64,000 nucleotides of DNA from Myxococcota bacterium (GTDB lineage Bacteria > Myxococcota_A > SURF-8): assembly GCA_965140415.1 (NCBI GenBank), contig OZ223209.1:928001-992000 (forward strand). The letters are read 5' to 3'. Shown here piece after piece: positions 10,700 through 20,629 of this stretch (the first letter of the stretch is position 1; every line of letters starts with the position of its first letter). Under the pieces are notes generated by a model that did no database searches, was not told the origin of the DNA, and worked only from the letters and a program-made list of their open reading frames with translations. A program made the translations under genes and the position numbers.

Positions 10700-11491
10700 A
10701 TGGATCTTGGAATCGCCGGAAAAGTGGCTGTCGTGACTGCCGCCAGCAAAGGGCTGGGGTATGCTGTAGCCCAGCGCCTATGCGAAGAAGGTGCGCGTGT
10801 GGCCATCTGCGCACGAAACGCCGAAGCCCTGGAGCAGGCTCATGCCCAGTTGCAGCAATGCGGCGGACAACCCGTTTTCGCGCAAACCTGCGATGTCTCC
10901 GATCGCCAACAGATTCAATCGTTTTTTGCCGCCCTCAAACAAGAGCTTGGAGAAGCGGACATTCTGGTCTGTAACGCCGGAGGACCGCCTCCAGGCACGT
11001 TTGAAAGCGTTAACGAAGGACAGTGGCAGGACGCCTTCGATCTGAACCTGATGAGCGCGGTTCACCTGATTCACCAGGCGCTGCCGGCCATGAAAAAAAG
11101 ACAGTGGGGGCGCATTCTGCTGATGGTGTCGATTTCGGCCAAGCAACCATTGGCCAATCTGCTGCTAAGCAACGCCATCCGCGCCGGTGTCATCGGTATG
11201 GCCAAAACGCTGGCCGACGAAGTGGCTTCCTACGGCGTGCTGGTGAACAGCCTGTGTCCCGGCTTTATCGAAACCGGGCGCATGAAGCAGGTAATCGAGT
11301 CGCAGGCGCAGGCCAACGGCGTGGATTACGAACGGCAACTGGCCAAGGTAAGTCAGAGTATTCCACTAGGTAGGCTGGGGCAGCCGGAGGAGTTTGCGGA
11401 CTTTGCCGCCTATCTCGTCAGCGAGCGGGCTTCGTTTGTGACCGGTGGCACGTTTTTGGCCGATGGCGGTATGTTCCGAGGCTTGATGTAA
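10700..11491 (+). CDS. Short-chain dehydrogenase/reductase (FabG-like, atypical TAASxGLG type)
   Basis: VTAASKGLG, CNAGGPP, SNAIRA, PGFIET, IPLGRLG. AGGAGG RBS. Confidence 0.9.
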   Translation: MDLGIAGKVAVVTAASKGLGYAVAQRLCEEGARVAICARNAEALEQAHAQLQQCGGQPVFAQTCDVSDRQQIQSFFAALKQELGEADILVCNAGGPPPGTFESVNEGQWQDAFDLNLMSAVHLIHQALPAMKKRQWGRILLMVSISAKQPLANLLLSNAIRAGVIGMAKTLADEVASYGVLVNSLCPGFIETGRMKQVIESQAQANGVDYERQLAKVSQSIPLGRLGQPEEFADFAAYLVSERASFVTGGTFLADGGMFRGLM

Positions 11492-11543
11492 ACGCTTGTT
11501 ACATTCTTATTCAGTGGATTTACTATAGTCAATCGGAGGAGTT

Positions 11544-12239
11544 ATGAGGGCTCGATGGAGTTTCAGGATCGCAGCGATTATTAGCACACTGCTTGCTGTT
11601 TTATGGATTTCCGCCTGTAGCGACAATGCGAAATCGGGCGGCGGCGCATCCTCGTCAGGTACGGTAAGCAAAACTATCGACGGTGTTTCCTACCAACTCG
11701 CTTCGATTTACGAACAGGATTTCAGCAGCGGCAAACTCGGCCCGGAATGGAAGATCGAAGGCGGTGACTGGCGGGTGGAAAACGGTACCTTGCAGTCGAA
11801 TCAGGCGTTTAACAAAGATTTGCTGCTGGTGAAGAACATGCCGCAAAACGCCGTAATCGAAGTGTCCATGATCTCCCATTCGCCACAGGTAGACATCAAA
11901 TTTCGCGCCTGGGGCCATCGAGACGGCAACCCGCACGACAACGGGGCCTACCACTTCATTCTGGGCGGCTGGAACAACAGCCTGTCCACCCTGGCGCCTT
12001 TCGGCGAACATGACAAGCGGCGCATCGTCAAACGTGGCAAATTGAAGCAGGATACCTGGTACAAGGCTACGGTGGTGCGTAACAAAGGCGTGATCACTCT
12101 CTATTTAGACGGCAAGCCCTTTATGCGATATGATGACGTCGATCCCCTGGATGCGGCGACGTTTTCCTATTTCAGTTTCGGAAACTGGAAGAGTGTGTGC
12201 GAATTCGACAACCTGAAAATATATAAAATCGTGAACTAA
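11544..12239 (+). CDS. Lipoprotein with concanavalin A-like (DUF1080/LamG-like) beta-sandwich domain
   Basis: Lipobox ISAC, motifs GDWRVENG, WYKATVVR, TLYLDGK, FDNLKIY. Confidence 0.7.
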   Translation: MRARWSFRIAAIISTLLAVLWISACSDNAKSGGGASSSGTVSKTIDGVSYQLASIYEQDFSSGKLGPEWKIEGGDWRVENGTLQSNQAFNKDLLLVKNMPQNAVIEVSMISHSPQVDIKFRAWGHRDGNPHDNGAYHFILGGWNNSLSTLAPFGEHDKRRIVKRGKLKQDTWYKATVVRNKGVITLYLDGKPFMRYDDVDPLDAATFSYFSFGNWKSVCEFDNLKIYKIVN

Positions 12240-12474
12240 AATTGTTAGTTCTACCGAACCGAAAGTGAAGTGATTTTATTTCGTTACAACTCCGACGCGG
12301 CGCGAATGTTCTTGACAAAACGCGACATTTGAAATACAAGTCAGGGTCACGATCCGCCGTGCGGTAACCATCATAATTCGCGGATTACCGGTATTTTTCC
12401 TCATTGGTTGGAATGCAAATGGCCAAACGTGGGGGAAACGACGTCAACAGACCAATACATGTACAGGTGCAAAC

Positions 12475-12948
12475 ATGGCGCTGGAGTTCTCAGCAGAATC
12501 GGAAGCGCAGATCAAGGATGCCCTGGAGGAGTTTTACACCACCCAGGCAGCCCTTATCCCCGTGCTTTATGTTGCCATCGACCAATTCGGCCATTTGACT
12601 CCGGAAATTCTGGATCTGGTCGCGAAACGGCTCGATTTGCCGCGCATGTTCGTTGAGAGCGTGGCCTCGTTCTACACCATGCTGCACAAGCAGCCGGTGG
12701 GGCGCTATCACGTGCAGGTCTGCCGTACGCTGAGTTGCGCTATGACCGGATCGAAGTCGGTGGTCGAGCATATCAAAAAACGATTGCAGATCGAGCCGGG
12801 CCAGGTGACCGAAGACGGCAAGTTTTCGCTGGAGGAAGTGGAGTGTCTGGCCATATGCGGCACGGCTCCGGCCATGATCATCAATAAAACCAATTACGAA
12901 AATCTTACGATCGAGGCGGTTGACCGTATTCTCGACGAACTCGATTAG
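12475..12948 (+). CDS. nuoE: NADH-quinone oxidoreductase subunit E
   Basis: FYTM, CRTLSC and ECLAIC..AP 2Fe-2S motifs. Confidence 0.95.
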   Translation: MALEFSAESEAQIKDALEEFYTTQAALIPVLYVAIDQFGHLTPEILDLVAKRLDLPRMFVESVASFYTMLHKQPVGRYHVQVCRTLSCAMTGSKSVVEHIKKRLQIEPGQVTEDGKFSLEEVECLAICGTAPAMIINKTNYENLTIEAVDRILDELD

Positions 12949-12969
12949 TCTCGGCAGCGGAGCATACCC

Positions 12970-14244
12970 ATGACCCAGCTAGTGTTAAGCAGGCGGTTTG
13001 GAAAGCCCGATTCCCATCTGTTGGAAACCTACGAGGCCGACGGCGGCTATCAAGCCGCGCGCAAGGCGCTGGCCATGTCTCCCGACGACGTGATCGAGGA
13101 GATGAAAAAGGCCAATCTGCGCGGGCGCGGCGGCGCGGGTTTCCCTGCCGGAATCAAATGGTCGTTTATGCCCAAGGAAGACGGCAAAACGCATTTTCTG
13201 TGCGTCAACGCCGACGAGGGCGAACCGGGCACCTTCAAAGATCGCGCCCTGATGCGCAACGACCCTCATCAATTGCTTGAGGGCATCATCATCGCCTGCT
13301 ACGCCATGCGCGCCGAGTACAGTTACATTTACGTGCGCGGCGAAATGTGGGACGAAAAGCAGATCCTGTGGGACGCCATCAAGGAATGTCGCGCAAAAGG
13401 CTATTTAGGCAAGGGTATTTTCGGCACCAACGTCAATCTTCACATTGCGGTGCATACCGGCGCGGGCGCGTACGTCTGCGGTGAAGAAACGGCCATGATC
13501 AACTCGATCGAAGGTAAACGCGGCGAGCCGCGCCTGAAGCCGCCTTTCCCTGCCCAGGTCGGTGCGTTCGGCATGCCAACCACTGTCAACAACGTGGAGA
13601 CCATTTCCAACGTGCCGCACGTCATCAATCACGGCGGCGAGTGGTTCAGCGAGTTGAGCCTGGTGGAAAAGGATGGCGGTACGCGGCTTTACGGCATCAG
13701 CGGCGCGGTGAAAAAGCCGGGCCTGTACGAGTTGCCGCAGGGCACCAACATGAAAACGCTGATTTACGACATCGCCGGTGGAATGAAAGACGGCCTGGAA
13801 CTGAAAGCCGTGATTCCGGGCGGCTCGTCCTGTCCGGTGCTGCTGCCGGATGAAATCGACATTCCGCACAGTTACGATGGCCTGCGCGATGCGGGCAGCA
13901 TGGCCGGTTCGGCGGGTCTGATCGTCATTCCGCATACCACCTGTGTGGTGGCGGCCATGAACAACCTGGCGCATTTCTACGCGCATGAATCCTGCGGGCA
14001 GTGTACGCCCTGCCGCGAAGGCACGCACTGGTTGCATCTGCTCATCTCCCGCATCGAGCGCGGCGAGGGCAAAATGGAAGATATCGACACGCTGCTGGAA
14101 GTCTGCCAGAACATGATGGGCACCACCATCTGCCCGCTGTCCGATGCGGCGGCGATGCCGATGAAAGCCTTTGTGACCAAGTTCAGAGACGAATTCGAAG
14201 AGCACGTGAGATTGGGACGCTGTCCGCTGAATGGACAGATCTAG
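12970..14244 (+). CDS. nuoF: NADH-quinone oxidoreductase subunit F
   Basis: GRGGAGFP, NADEGEPGTFKDR, GAYVCGEETA, ESCGQCTPCREG. Confidence 0.97.
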   Translation: MTQLVLSRRFGKPDSHLLETYEADGGYQAARKALAMSPDDVIEEMKKANLRGRGGAGFPAGIKWSFMPKEDGKTHFLCVNADEGEPGTFKDRALMRNDPHQLLEGIIIACYAMRAEYSYIYVRGEMWDEKQILWDAIKECRAKGYLGKGIFGTNVNLHIAVHTGAGAYVCGEETAMINSIEGKRGEPRLKPPFPAQVGAFGMPTTVNNVETISNVPHVINHGGEWFSELSLVEKDGGTRLYGISGAVKKPGLYELPQGTNMKTLIYDIAGGMKDGLELKAVIPGGSSCPVLLPDEIDIPHSYDGLRDAGSMAGSAGLIVIPHTTCVVAAMNNLAHFYAHESCGQCTPCREGTHWLHLLISRIERGEGKMEDIDTLLEVCQNMMGTTICPLSDAAAMPMKAFVTKFRDEFEEHVRLGRCPLNGQI

Positions 14245-14266
14245 CCTATAGAGCGAGGAGCCGACG

Positions 14267-15910
14267 ATGCCAGATATGGTAAAAGTCACGTTCAACGGCG
14301 TCGAGTATGAATTACCTTCCGGACTGACCATTTTGCAGGCGGCCAAGCAGGTCGGGATCGAGATCCCCTATTTCTGCTGGCACGAGCACCTCTCGATCTC
14401 CGGTAACTGCCGCATGTGCCTGGTAGAAGTCAAACCCGGCCCGCCCAAACCACAGATTGCCTGTGCCACGCGCATCGCCGATGGCATGGAAGTGGTGACC
14501 GAAAGCGAGAACATCACCCGCACCCGCAAGGCCGTGCTCGAATTTCTGCTGCTCAATCACCCGTTGGATTGTCCGGTCTGTGATGAAGCCTACGAATGCA
14601 AGTTGCAGGATTACACGTACAAATACGGTTCCTCAGACAGTCGCTTCGTGGATTTCCACAACAAAAAGCGCATTTTCGAGCGCCGCGACCTGGGCAAGCT
14701 CTGGGTGGAAATGAACCGCTGCATCGACTGCACCCGTTGCGTGCGCTATCTCAAGGAAGTGGCGGGCGTGTACGAAATGGACCGCACGCATCGCGGTCAC
14801 GAATTGAAAATCAATACCTACAAAGACGCGTTCGAATCCGATTTCGCCATCAATGCGGCGGATTTATGCCCGGTTGGTGCGCTGGAAGACAAGAAATTCC
14901 ATTTCAAGGCGCGTAATTGGGATCTGGTTCGCACTCCCAGTATCTGCCCGTCCTGCTCGATCGGCTGCAACATTGACATCGATGTATACGAGGGTGAGAT
15001 TCAGCGCCTGTTGCCGCGTGAAAACAACGATGTCAACGCCTGCTGGATCTGCGACTATGGACGCCATAACTATGACTATGTCAACGGTAATCGCCTGGGC
15101 AGCGCCTACCGGCGCATCGATGCGGATCTGGTGGAATGCTCTTATGACGACGCCCTTGAGCAGGCGGCTACAAGCCTGAAGGAAATCAGCGCCGTTCACG
15201 GCGGAGAAGCCATTGGGATGTTGCTGTCGCCACAGATGACCAATGAGGAGTTGTTCACCGGTAAGCAGCTTGCCGAATTGCTCGGTGTTGACCGGGTGGG
15301 CGTGTTGGCCGGATACAATCATCGGCCCATCGTGCCGGTGATGAGCGACATTCTCCCTAAAACGCTGGTCAGCGATGACAAAACGCCCAACAGCACCGGC
15401 GCGCGGCTGATGAATTTGCGCGAAGGCGAAGAGGAATTCACGTTTGCCCACGAACTGCTGACGGCGATTGAAGACGGCAAGATCAAGGGCTTGATCCTGT
15501 TCCACGAAGATCTGGCCGCCATGGAAGGTTTCGACACCGTACAGGTCAAGAAAGCCATGGCGTTATTGGACTTTTTGCTTGTGGTTTCCGTAAAGCCGAC
15601 CGGAATCGGACAGCAGGCGCATGTCGTGCTACCGACATTGACCTATGCCGAAAAGGCAGGCACCTTTACCAATCACCAGAAACGGGTGCAGCGGCTCTAT
15701 AAAGCCGTGACGCCGTTAGCTGGAGTGCTGGGCGAACTGCCTATTCTGACCCGGCTCGGTCGTAAATTCAACGAAACCTTCGGATATGACAAAGTTCGCG
15801 ACGCTTTTGCGGTGCTGTGTGAGAAGGAAACCGCCTTCGCCGGGCTGCAATGGCAGCAAATCGGCGAGCAGGGTGTATTGATTGACGAAGCGAAAACGGA
15901 GTCCGACTAA
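14267..15910 (+). CDS. nuoG: NADH-quinone oxidoreductase subunit G (compact, 547 aa)
   Basis: FCWH..GNCRMC, NHPLDCPVCD..ECKLQD, CIDCTRC, CPVGAL, CPSCSIGC. Confidence 0.9.
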   Translation: MPDMVKVTFNGVEYELPSGLTILQAAKQVGIEIPYFCWHEHLSISGNCRMCLVEVKPGPPKPQIACATRIADGMEVVTESENITRTRKAVLEFLLLNHPLDCPVCDEAYECKLQDYTYKYGSSDSRFVDFHNKKRIFERRDLGKLWVEMNRCIDCTRCVRYLKEVAGVYEMDRTHRGHELKINTYKDAFESDFAINAADLCPVGALEDKKFHFKARNWDLVRTPSICPSCSIGCNIDIDVYEGEIQRLLPRENNDVNACWICDYGRHNYDYVNGNRLGSAYRRIDADLVECSYDDALEQAATSLKEISAVHGGEAIGMLLSPQMTNEELFTGKQLAELLGVDRVGVLAGYNHRPIVPVMSDILPKTLVSDDKTPNSTGARLMNLREGEEEFTFAHELLTAIEDGKIKGLILFHEDLAAMEGFDTVQVKKAMALLDFLLVVSVKPTGIGQQAHVVLPTLTYAEKAGTFTNHQKRVQRLYKAVTPLAGVLGELPILTRLGRKFNETFGYDKVRDAFAVLCEKETAFAGLQWQQIGEQGVLIDEAKTESD

Positions 15911-15985
15911 GAGCCTAACTCAATAGGGTAGGTAAATGCTCCGCAGCCGAATCGGCATGCGGTTGATTATCGGGAGAACGGACAC

Positions 15986-16480
15986 ATGGTAGAAGCGATC
16001 ATTTTCTGGATATTTTCTTTGATGGCGCTGGCTGGAGCGGGGATTTTGATCTTCCATAAAAACCCGATTCACTCGGCGCTGGCGTTGATCATGACGCTAT
16101 TCAGCACCGCTGCACTGTTCGTTCTGCTGCACGCGGGTTTCATTGCGGTTTTGCAGGTTCTGGTTTATGCAGGCGCGATCATGGTGTTGTTCGTCTTCGT
16201 GATCATGCTGCTCAACCTGCAACGCGAAGAGTGGGGCTTGCGCCATATCGCGGTCAAAAAGGCGGTGGCGATCGTGATCTCCGTGGCTATTGCGGTTAAA
16301 TTCGTGACCGTTGTGGCTTTTGCCAATGTGCCGCGAGTGCCTCTGCCGGAGAACTTCGGTTCCATCGAAAAGGTCGGCATGCTGATGTTCACGGACTTCT
16401 TGCTGCCTTTCGAAGCGATTGCCGTGGTGCTGCTGGCAGCGGTAGTCGGAGCGGTCGTGATAGCGAAAACGCGCATCTAA
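15986..16480 (+). CDS. nuoJ: NADH-quinone oxidoreductase subunit J
   Basis: KNPIHSAL, QVLVYAGAIMVLF, PFE motifs. Confidence 0.95.
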   Translation: MVEAIIFWIFSLMALAGAGILIFHKNPIHSALALIMTLFSTAALFVLLHAGFIAVLQVLVYAGAIMVLFVFVIMLLNLQREEWGLRHIAVKKAVAIVISVAIAVKFVTVVAFANVPRVPLPENFGSIEKVGMLMFTDFLLPFEAIAVVLLAAVVGAVVIAKTRI

Positions 16481-16498
16481 CGGGGAGGAGTGATTCCC

Positions 16499-16816
16499 AT
16501 GGAATGGTTGACAACGATAACGCTGAATCACTACCTGGCCCTGGCGGTCATCCTGTTTCTGACTGGCATGACCGGGGCGATTCTGCGTAAAAACGGACTG
16601 ATTGTCTTTATGTGCATCGAACTGATGCTCAATGCTGCGAATCTGGTCTTTATTGTGTTTGCCGCAAAAAACGGCAACGAAATCGGACATGTCATCGTCT
16701 TTTTCGTCATGACCGTAGCGGCGACGGAAGCGGCGGTGGGGCTGAGTATTTTCGTGGCGTTGTTCCGCAATAAAGAAACGGTGTACGTGGACGAAGCGAC
16801 GGAACTGAAACATTGA
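16499..16816 (+). CDS. nuoK: NADH-quinone oxidoreductase subunit K
   Basis: ELMLNAANL, VAATEAAVGL. ATG at 16499 lies 8 nt after GGAGGAG. Confidence 0.95.
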   Translation: MEWLTTITLNHYLALAVILFLTGMTGAILRKNGLIVFMCIELMLNAANLVFIVFAAKNGNEIGHVIVFFVMTVAATEAAVGLSIFVALFRNKETVYVDEATELKH

Positions 16817-16886
16817 TTTGTCGCATCGAATGCCGAAGCTTCGGCAGGATCGATTCGGTCGTCATATGCGAATACGAGGATAAACG

Positions 16887-18971
16887 ATGAGCCATCACGA
16901 CCATGAACACGAACAGGGAGCGGTTGCAGCCCAGCCGGTAGGCGCAGGAACGTATGTCCTGTGGGTGCTGGCGGCGGTATTGGCAGCGGTTTTCTTCGCT
17001 CTGAGACTTCGCAGCGCATCGGAGCTGCACCTGGAGCAATGGCTGTTCCTGATTCCCCTGATGCCTGCGGTGGGTGCGCTGATCAACGGCGTATTTCTGA
17101 ACAAGCTGCCCAAGTCGCTGGTAACGGCCTTGGCGGTGGGCAGTGTCGCCGTCAGCTTCTTCATTTCGCTGACGCTATTCATCAGCATGAAAGTCGGCGG
17201 GGAAGCGCTGCACCAGGTCGTGTACAACTGGATGAGCAGCGAAACGATGTCGGTGAATGTCGCCTTCACAATGGACGGCCTTTCCGGCGTCATGGCACTG
17301 GTGGTTTCCGGCGTCGGTTCCCTGATTCACATCTATTCGATCGGTTACATGGCGCATGATAAAAGCTATGCGCGTTACTTCACCTACCTGAATATCTTCA
17401 CGTTTTCGATGTTGACGCTGGTAATGGCCGACAGTCTGCCGCTGATGTTCGTCGGCTGGGAAGGTGTGGGCCTGTGCTCCTACCTGCTGATCGGCTTCTG
17501 GTTCGAAGACAACGAGAAAGCCAGCGCGGGTAAAAAAGCCTTTATCGTCAACCGTATCGGCGACATGGGCTTTGTGATCGCCATGATGATCCTGTTCTGG
17601 CAGGCGGGCACCTTGCAATATGAGGGTCTGCGCGCCGCCGCCGGATCGATTCCTACTGTCTGGGTATTGGTGGCGACCTTGCTGCTCTTTTTCGGCGCTA
17701 CCGGCAAATCGGCACAGATTCCGCTTTATGTCTGGCTGCCCGACGCCATGGCCGGTCCTACACCGGTGAGCGCGCTAATCCACGCGGCCACCATGGTGAC
17801 GGCGGGTGTGTATATGATCGCGCGCTTGAGCTTCCTGTACGTCTTGGCTCCGCAGGCCATGATGGTCGTGGCCATCGTCGGTGCAGTGACAGCGCTGTTT
17901 GCCGCCACAATCGGCTTATTCCAGTATGATATCAAGAAGGTGCTGGCTTACTCCACTGTAAGTCAGCTTGGATTCATGTTCCTGGGTGTCGGCGTTGGCG
18001 CTTTTGCCGCCGGTATTTTCCACCTGATGACGCACGCCTTTTTTAAGGCCTGCCTCTTCTTGGGTTCCGGCTCGGTCATTCACGGCATGCATGGCGAGCA
18101 GGACATCCGTGTAATGGGTGGGCTGGACAAGCTGATGCCCATTACCAGCAAAACCTTTTTCGTCAGTTGTCTGGCGATTGCTGGCATTCCGCCGCTGGCG
18201 GCTTTCTTCAGTAAAGACGAAATCCTGTATAAAGCGTTCTCCGTCCATTACGGTTCGCCCAGTTGGTTGGGAGTCGCGTTATGGATCGTGGGTGCGGTGG
18301 CGGCGGCCTGTACGTCGTTTTATATGTTCCGCCTCTATTACATGACCTTCTCCGGCGAATGCCGCGCCCCGGAAGAGACCAAGAAAAAGGGCATTCACGA
18401 ATCGCCTTATACCATGACGATCCCCTTGATTGTACTGGCATTTCTGGCCATCGTCGGTGGTTGGGTCGGCATGCCGCACATCTTCCATATGTTCCCCAAT
18501 GTCTTCGAAGCCAACCTGCATGAAGTGCTGGAGCCGGCCAACAAGGTCATGGGCGAGCACCACGGTTCCGTGGCGCTGGAATGGGCCCTGATGCTGATCT
18601 CCACCGGTATCGCCTTTGGCGGCTGGTTCGTGGCCCGCGCGCTGTACAAGGACAACAAGAGCGAGGTTCCGGCGCGTATGAAAGAACGTTTCGCCGGAAT
18701 TCACAAGGTGATTTTCAACAAATACTACGTGGACGAAGGCTACTTCTACGTATTTATCCGTCCGCTGGTCAATTTCTCCACCTTCCTGTGGGGCTTTGTG
18801 GATACGGTGCTGGTTGATGGTGTGTTGGTGCGTGTTTCCGCCTGGATGGTGCGTTCGGTGGGCGAAGGCGTGCGTTTCGTGCAGACCGGCAACGTTCAGA
18901 CGTACCTGTTGGCTTTTCTAATCGGGACGGCGGCGTTCTTGATTTACCTGTGGCAGGGAGCCGCAATGTAG
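16887..18971 (+). CDS. nuoL: NADH-quinone oxidoreductase subunit L (with N-terminal extension)
   Basis: GWEGVG, NRIGD, GKSAQIPL, WLPDAMAGPTPVSALIHAATMV. Confidence 0.97.
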   Translation: MSHHDHEHEQGAVAAQPVGAGTYVLWVLAAVLAAVFFALRLRSASELHLEQWLFLIPLMPAVGALINGVFLNKLPKSLVTALAVGSVAVSFFISLTLFISMKVGGEALHQVVYNWMSSETMSVNVAFTMDGLSGVMALVVSGVGSLIHIYSIGYMAHDKSYARYFTYLNIFTFSMLTLVMADSLPLMFVGWEGVGLCSYLLIGFWFEDNEKASAGKKAFIVNRIGDMGFVIAMMILFWQAGTLQYEGLRAAAGSIPTVWVLVATLLLFFGATGKSAQIPLYVWLPDAMAGPTPVSALIHAATMVTAGVYMIARLSFLYVLAPQAMMVVAIVGAVTALFAATIGLFQYDIKKVLAYSTVSQLGFMFLGVGVGAFAAGIFHLMTHAFFKACLFLGSGSVIHGMHGEQDIRVMGGLDKLMPITSKTFFVSCLAIAGIPPLAAFFSKDEILYKAFSVHYGSPSWLGVALWIVGAVAAACTSFYMFRLYYMTFSGECRAPEETKKKGIHESPYTMTIPLIVLAFLAIVGGWVGMPHIFHMFPNVFEANLHEVLEPANKVMGEHHGSVALEWALMLISTGIAFGGWFVARALYKDNKSEVPARMKERFAGIHKVIFNKYYVDEGYFYVFIRPLVNFSTFLWGFVDTVLVDGVLVRVSAWMVRSVGEGVRFVQTGNVQTYLLAFLIGTAAFLIYLWQGAAM

Positions 18972-18983
18972 GAGCTTGGTGAT

Positions 18984-20579
18984 ATGAACCTGGAAAGCAT
19001 CCATATTCTGTCCTTACTGACGTTCTTGCCCCTGGTGGGCGCACTGGTTGTTGCGCTGCTGCCTGCGTCGGAAAAAGGGGCCATCCGGGGCTTCACGCTG
19101 GCCTGGAGCGCGCTGGTGTTCGTGCTGTCTTTGCCGGTGCTGTTTGCCTTCAAGGAAGGCTCGGCGGCCATGCAGTTTGTCGAGGCGGTCGAGTGGATTC
19201 CCACCTTCGGCATCGGCTACCGGGTCGGTGTGGACGGCATCTCGCTGTTGATCGTGATGCTGACGACCTTTTTAACGCCGCTGGTGGTGCTTAGTGCCTT
19301 CCGTGCGGTGGAAAAGGGCGTGAAAGGCTTCATGTTCTCGATTCTCTTCCTTGAAACCGGCATGATCGGCACGCTGGTTTCCACCGACATCTTCCTGTTC
19401 TACATCTTCTGGGAATTGATGCTGATTCCGATGTACTTCCTGATCGGCATCTGGGGCGGGGAGAAGCGGATTTACGCAGCCGTCAAATTCTTCATTTACA
19501 CGATGGTCGGCTCGCTGTTGATGCTGGTGGCGATCATCTATCTGTACATGGTCTACGCGCAGCAGAACGGCGTGTATACCACCGATTTGAACATGCTGAT
19601 CAGCACGGCCCTGCCGGTCAAAGCACAGATTCTGATGTTCGGTGCGTTTGCCCTGGCCTTTGCCATCAAGGTGCCGATGTTTCCCTTCCACACCTGGTTG
19701 CCCGATGCGCATACCGAAGCGCCGACTGCCGGTTCCGTGATCCTGGCTGGCGTTTTATTGAAGCTTGGAACCTACGGATTCCTGCGTTTCGCCATTCCGC
19801 TCTTCCCGGTGGCGGCTCAGTACGCCATGCCCGTGATCGCCGCGCTGGCGATTATCGGTATCATTTACGGGGCGCTGGTGGCGATGGTGCAGAAGGACGT
19901 CAAACGCCTGGTGGCATACAGTTCGGTGTCTCACCTTGGCTTCTGTATGCTGGGTATTGCGGCGATGAACGTGCAAGCGGTGGAAGGCTCGATTTACCAG
20001 ATGTTGAATCATGGTATCTCCACCGGCGCGCTGTTCTTGATCGTCGGTGTGATTTACGAACGTCGTCATACTCGTTTGATCAGTGAATTCGGTGGCTTGT
20101 CCAAAGTCATTCCGGCCTTTGCCGCGTTTTTCATGATCACCACCTTAAGTTCGATCGGCCTGCCGGGTTTGAACGGCTTCGTGGGCGAATTCATGATTTT
20201 AATCGGCAGCTTCCGTTCGGAGTCGCTGCCCTATGCCCCGGTCTTTACCATTCTGGCTTCTACCGGAGTGCTGCTGGGTGCGATTTACATGCTGTGGATG
20301 TTCCAGCGTGTAATGTTCGGGCCTGTAACCAACGAGAAAAACGAACATTTAGAAGATTTGAACCTGCGCGAATACATCGTGCTGGTTCCCTTGATTCTGA
20401 TGATGTTCTTTATGGGATTGTATCCCAATTATTTCCTGCGCAAAATGGACGCCAGTGTGGAAGCGCTGGTTCAGGATTACAATACGAAGATTTCCACCTA
20501 TAACGCCGGACTGCTGCCCGATGCCGAGCAGCCGTCGATGAAACTGGTGGAACTTCGCGAACGTAACGGTGAGCAATAG
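18984..20579 (+). CDS. nuoM: NADH-quinone oxidoreductase subunit M
   Basis: FWELMLIPMY, KVPMFPFHTWLPDAHTEAP, AYSSVSH. Confidence 0.97.
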   Translation: MNLESIHILSLLTFLPLVGALVVALLPASEKGAIRGFTLAWSALVFVLSLPVLFAFKEGSAAMQFVEAVEWIPTFGIGYRVGVDGISLLIVMLTTFLTPLVVLSAFRAVEKGVKGFMFSILFLETGMIGTLVSTDIFLFYIFWELMLIPMYFLIGIWGGEKRIYAAVKFFIYTMVGSLLMLVAIIYLYMVYAQQNGVYTTDLNMLISTALPVKAQILMFGAFALAFAIKVPMFPFHTWLPDAHTEAPTAGSVILAGVLLKLGTYGFLRFAIPLFPVAAQYAMPVIAALAIIGIIYGALVAMVQKDVKRLVAYSSVSHLGFCMLGIAAMNVQAVEGSIYQMLNHGISTGALFLIVGVIYERRHTRLISEFGGLSKVIPAFAAFFMITTLSSIGLPGLNGFVGEFMILIGSFRSESLPYAPVFTILASTGVLLGAIYMLWMFQRVMFGPVTNEKNEHLEDLNLREYIVLVPLILMMFFMGLYPNYFLRKMDASVEALVQDYNTKISTYNAGLLPDAEQPSMKLVELRERNGEQ

Positions 20580-20629
20580 GATATTCACCGGATTTGATGG
20601 TGAATCAGCACCTGTAAGGAGCCGGGTAC

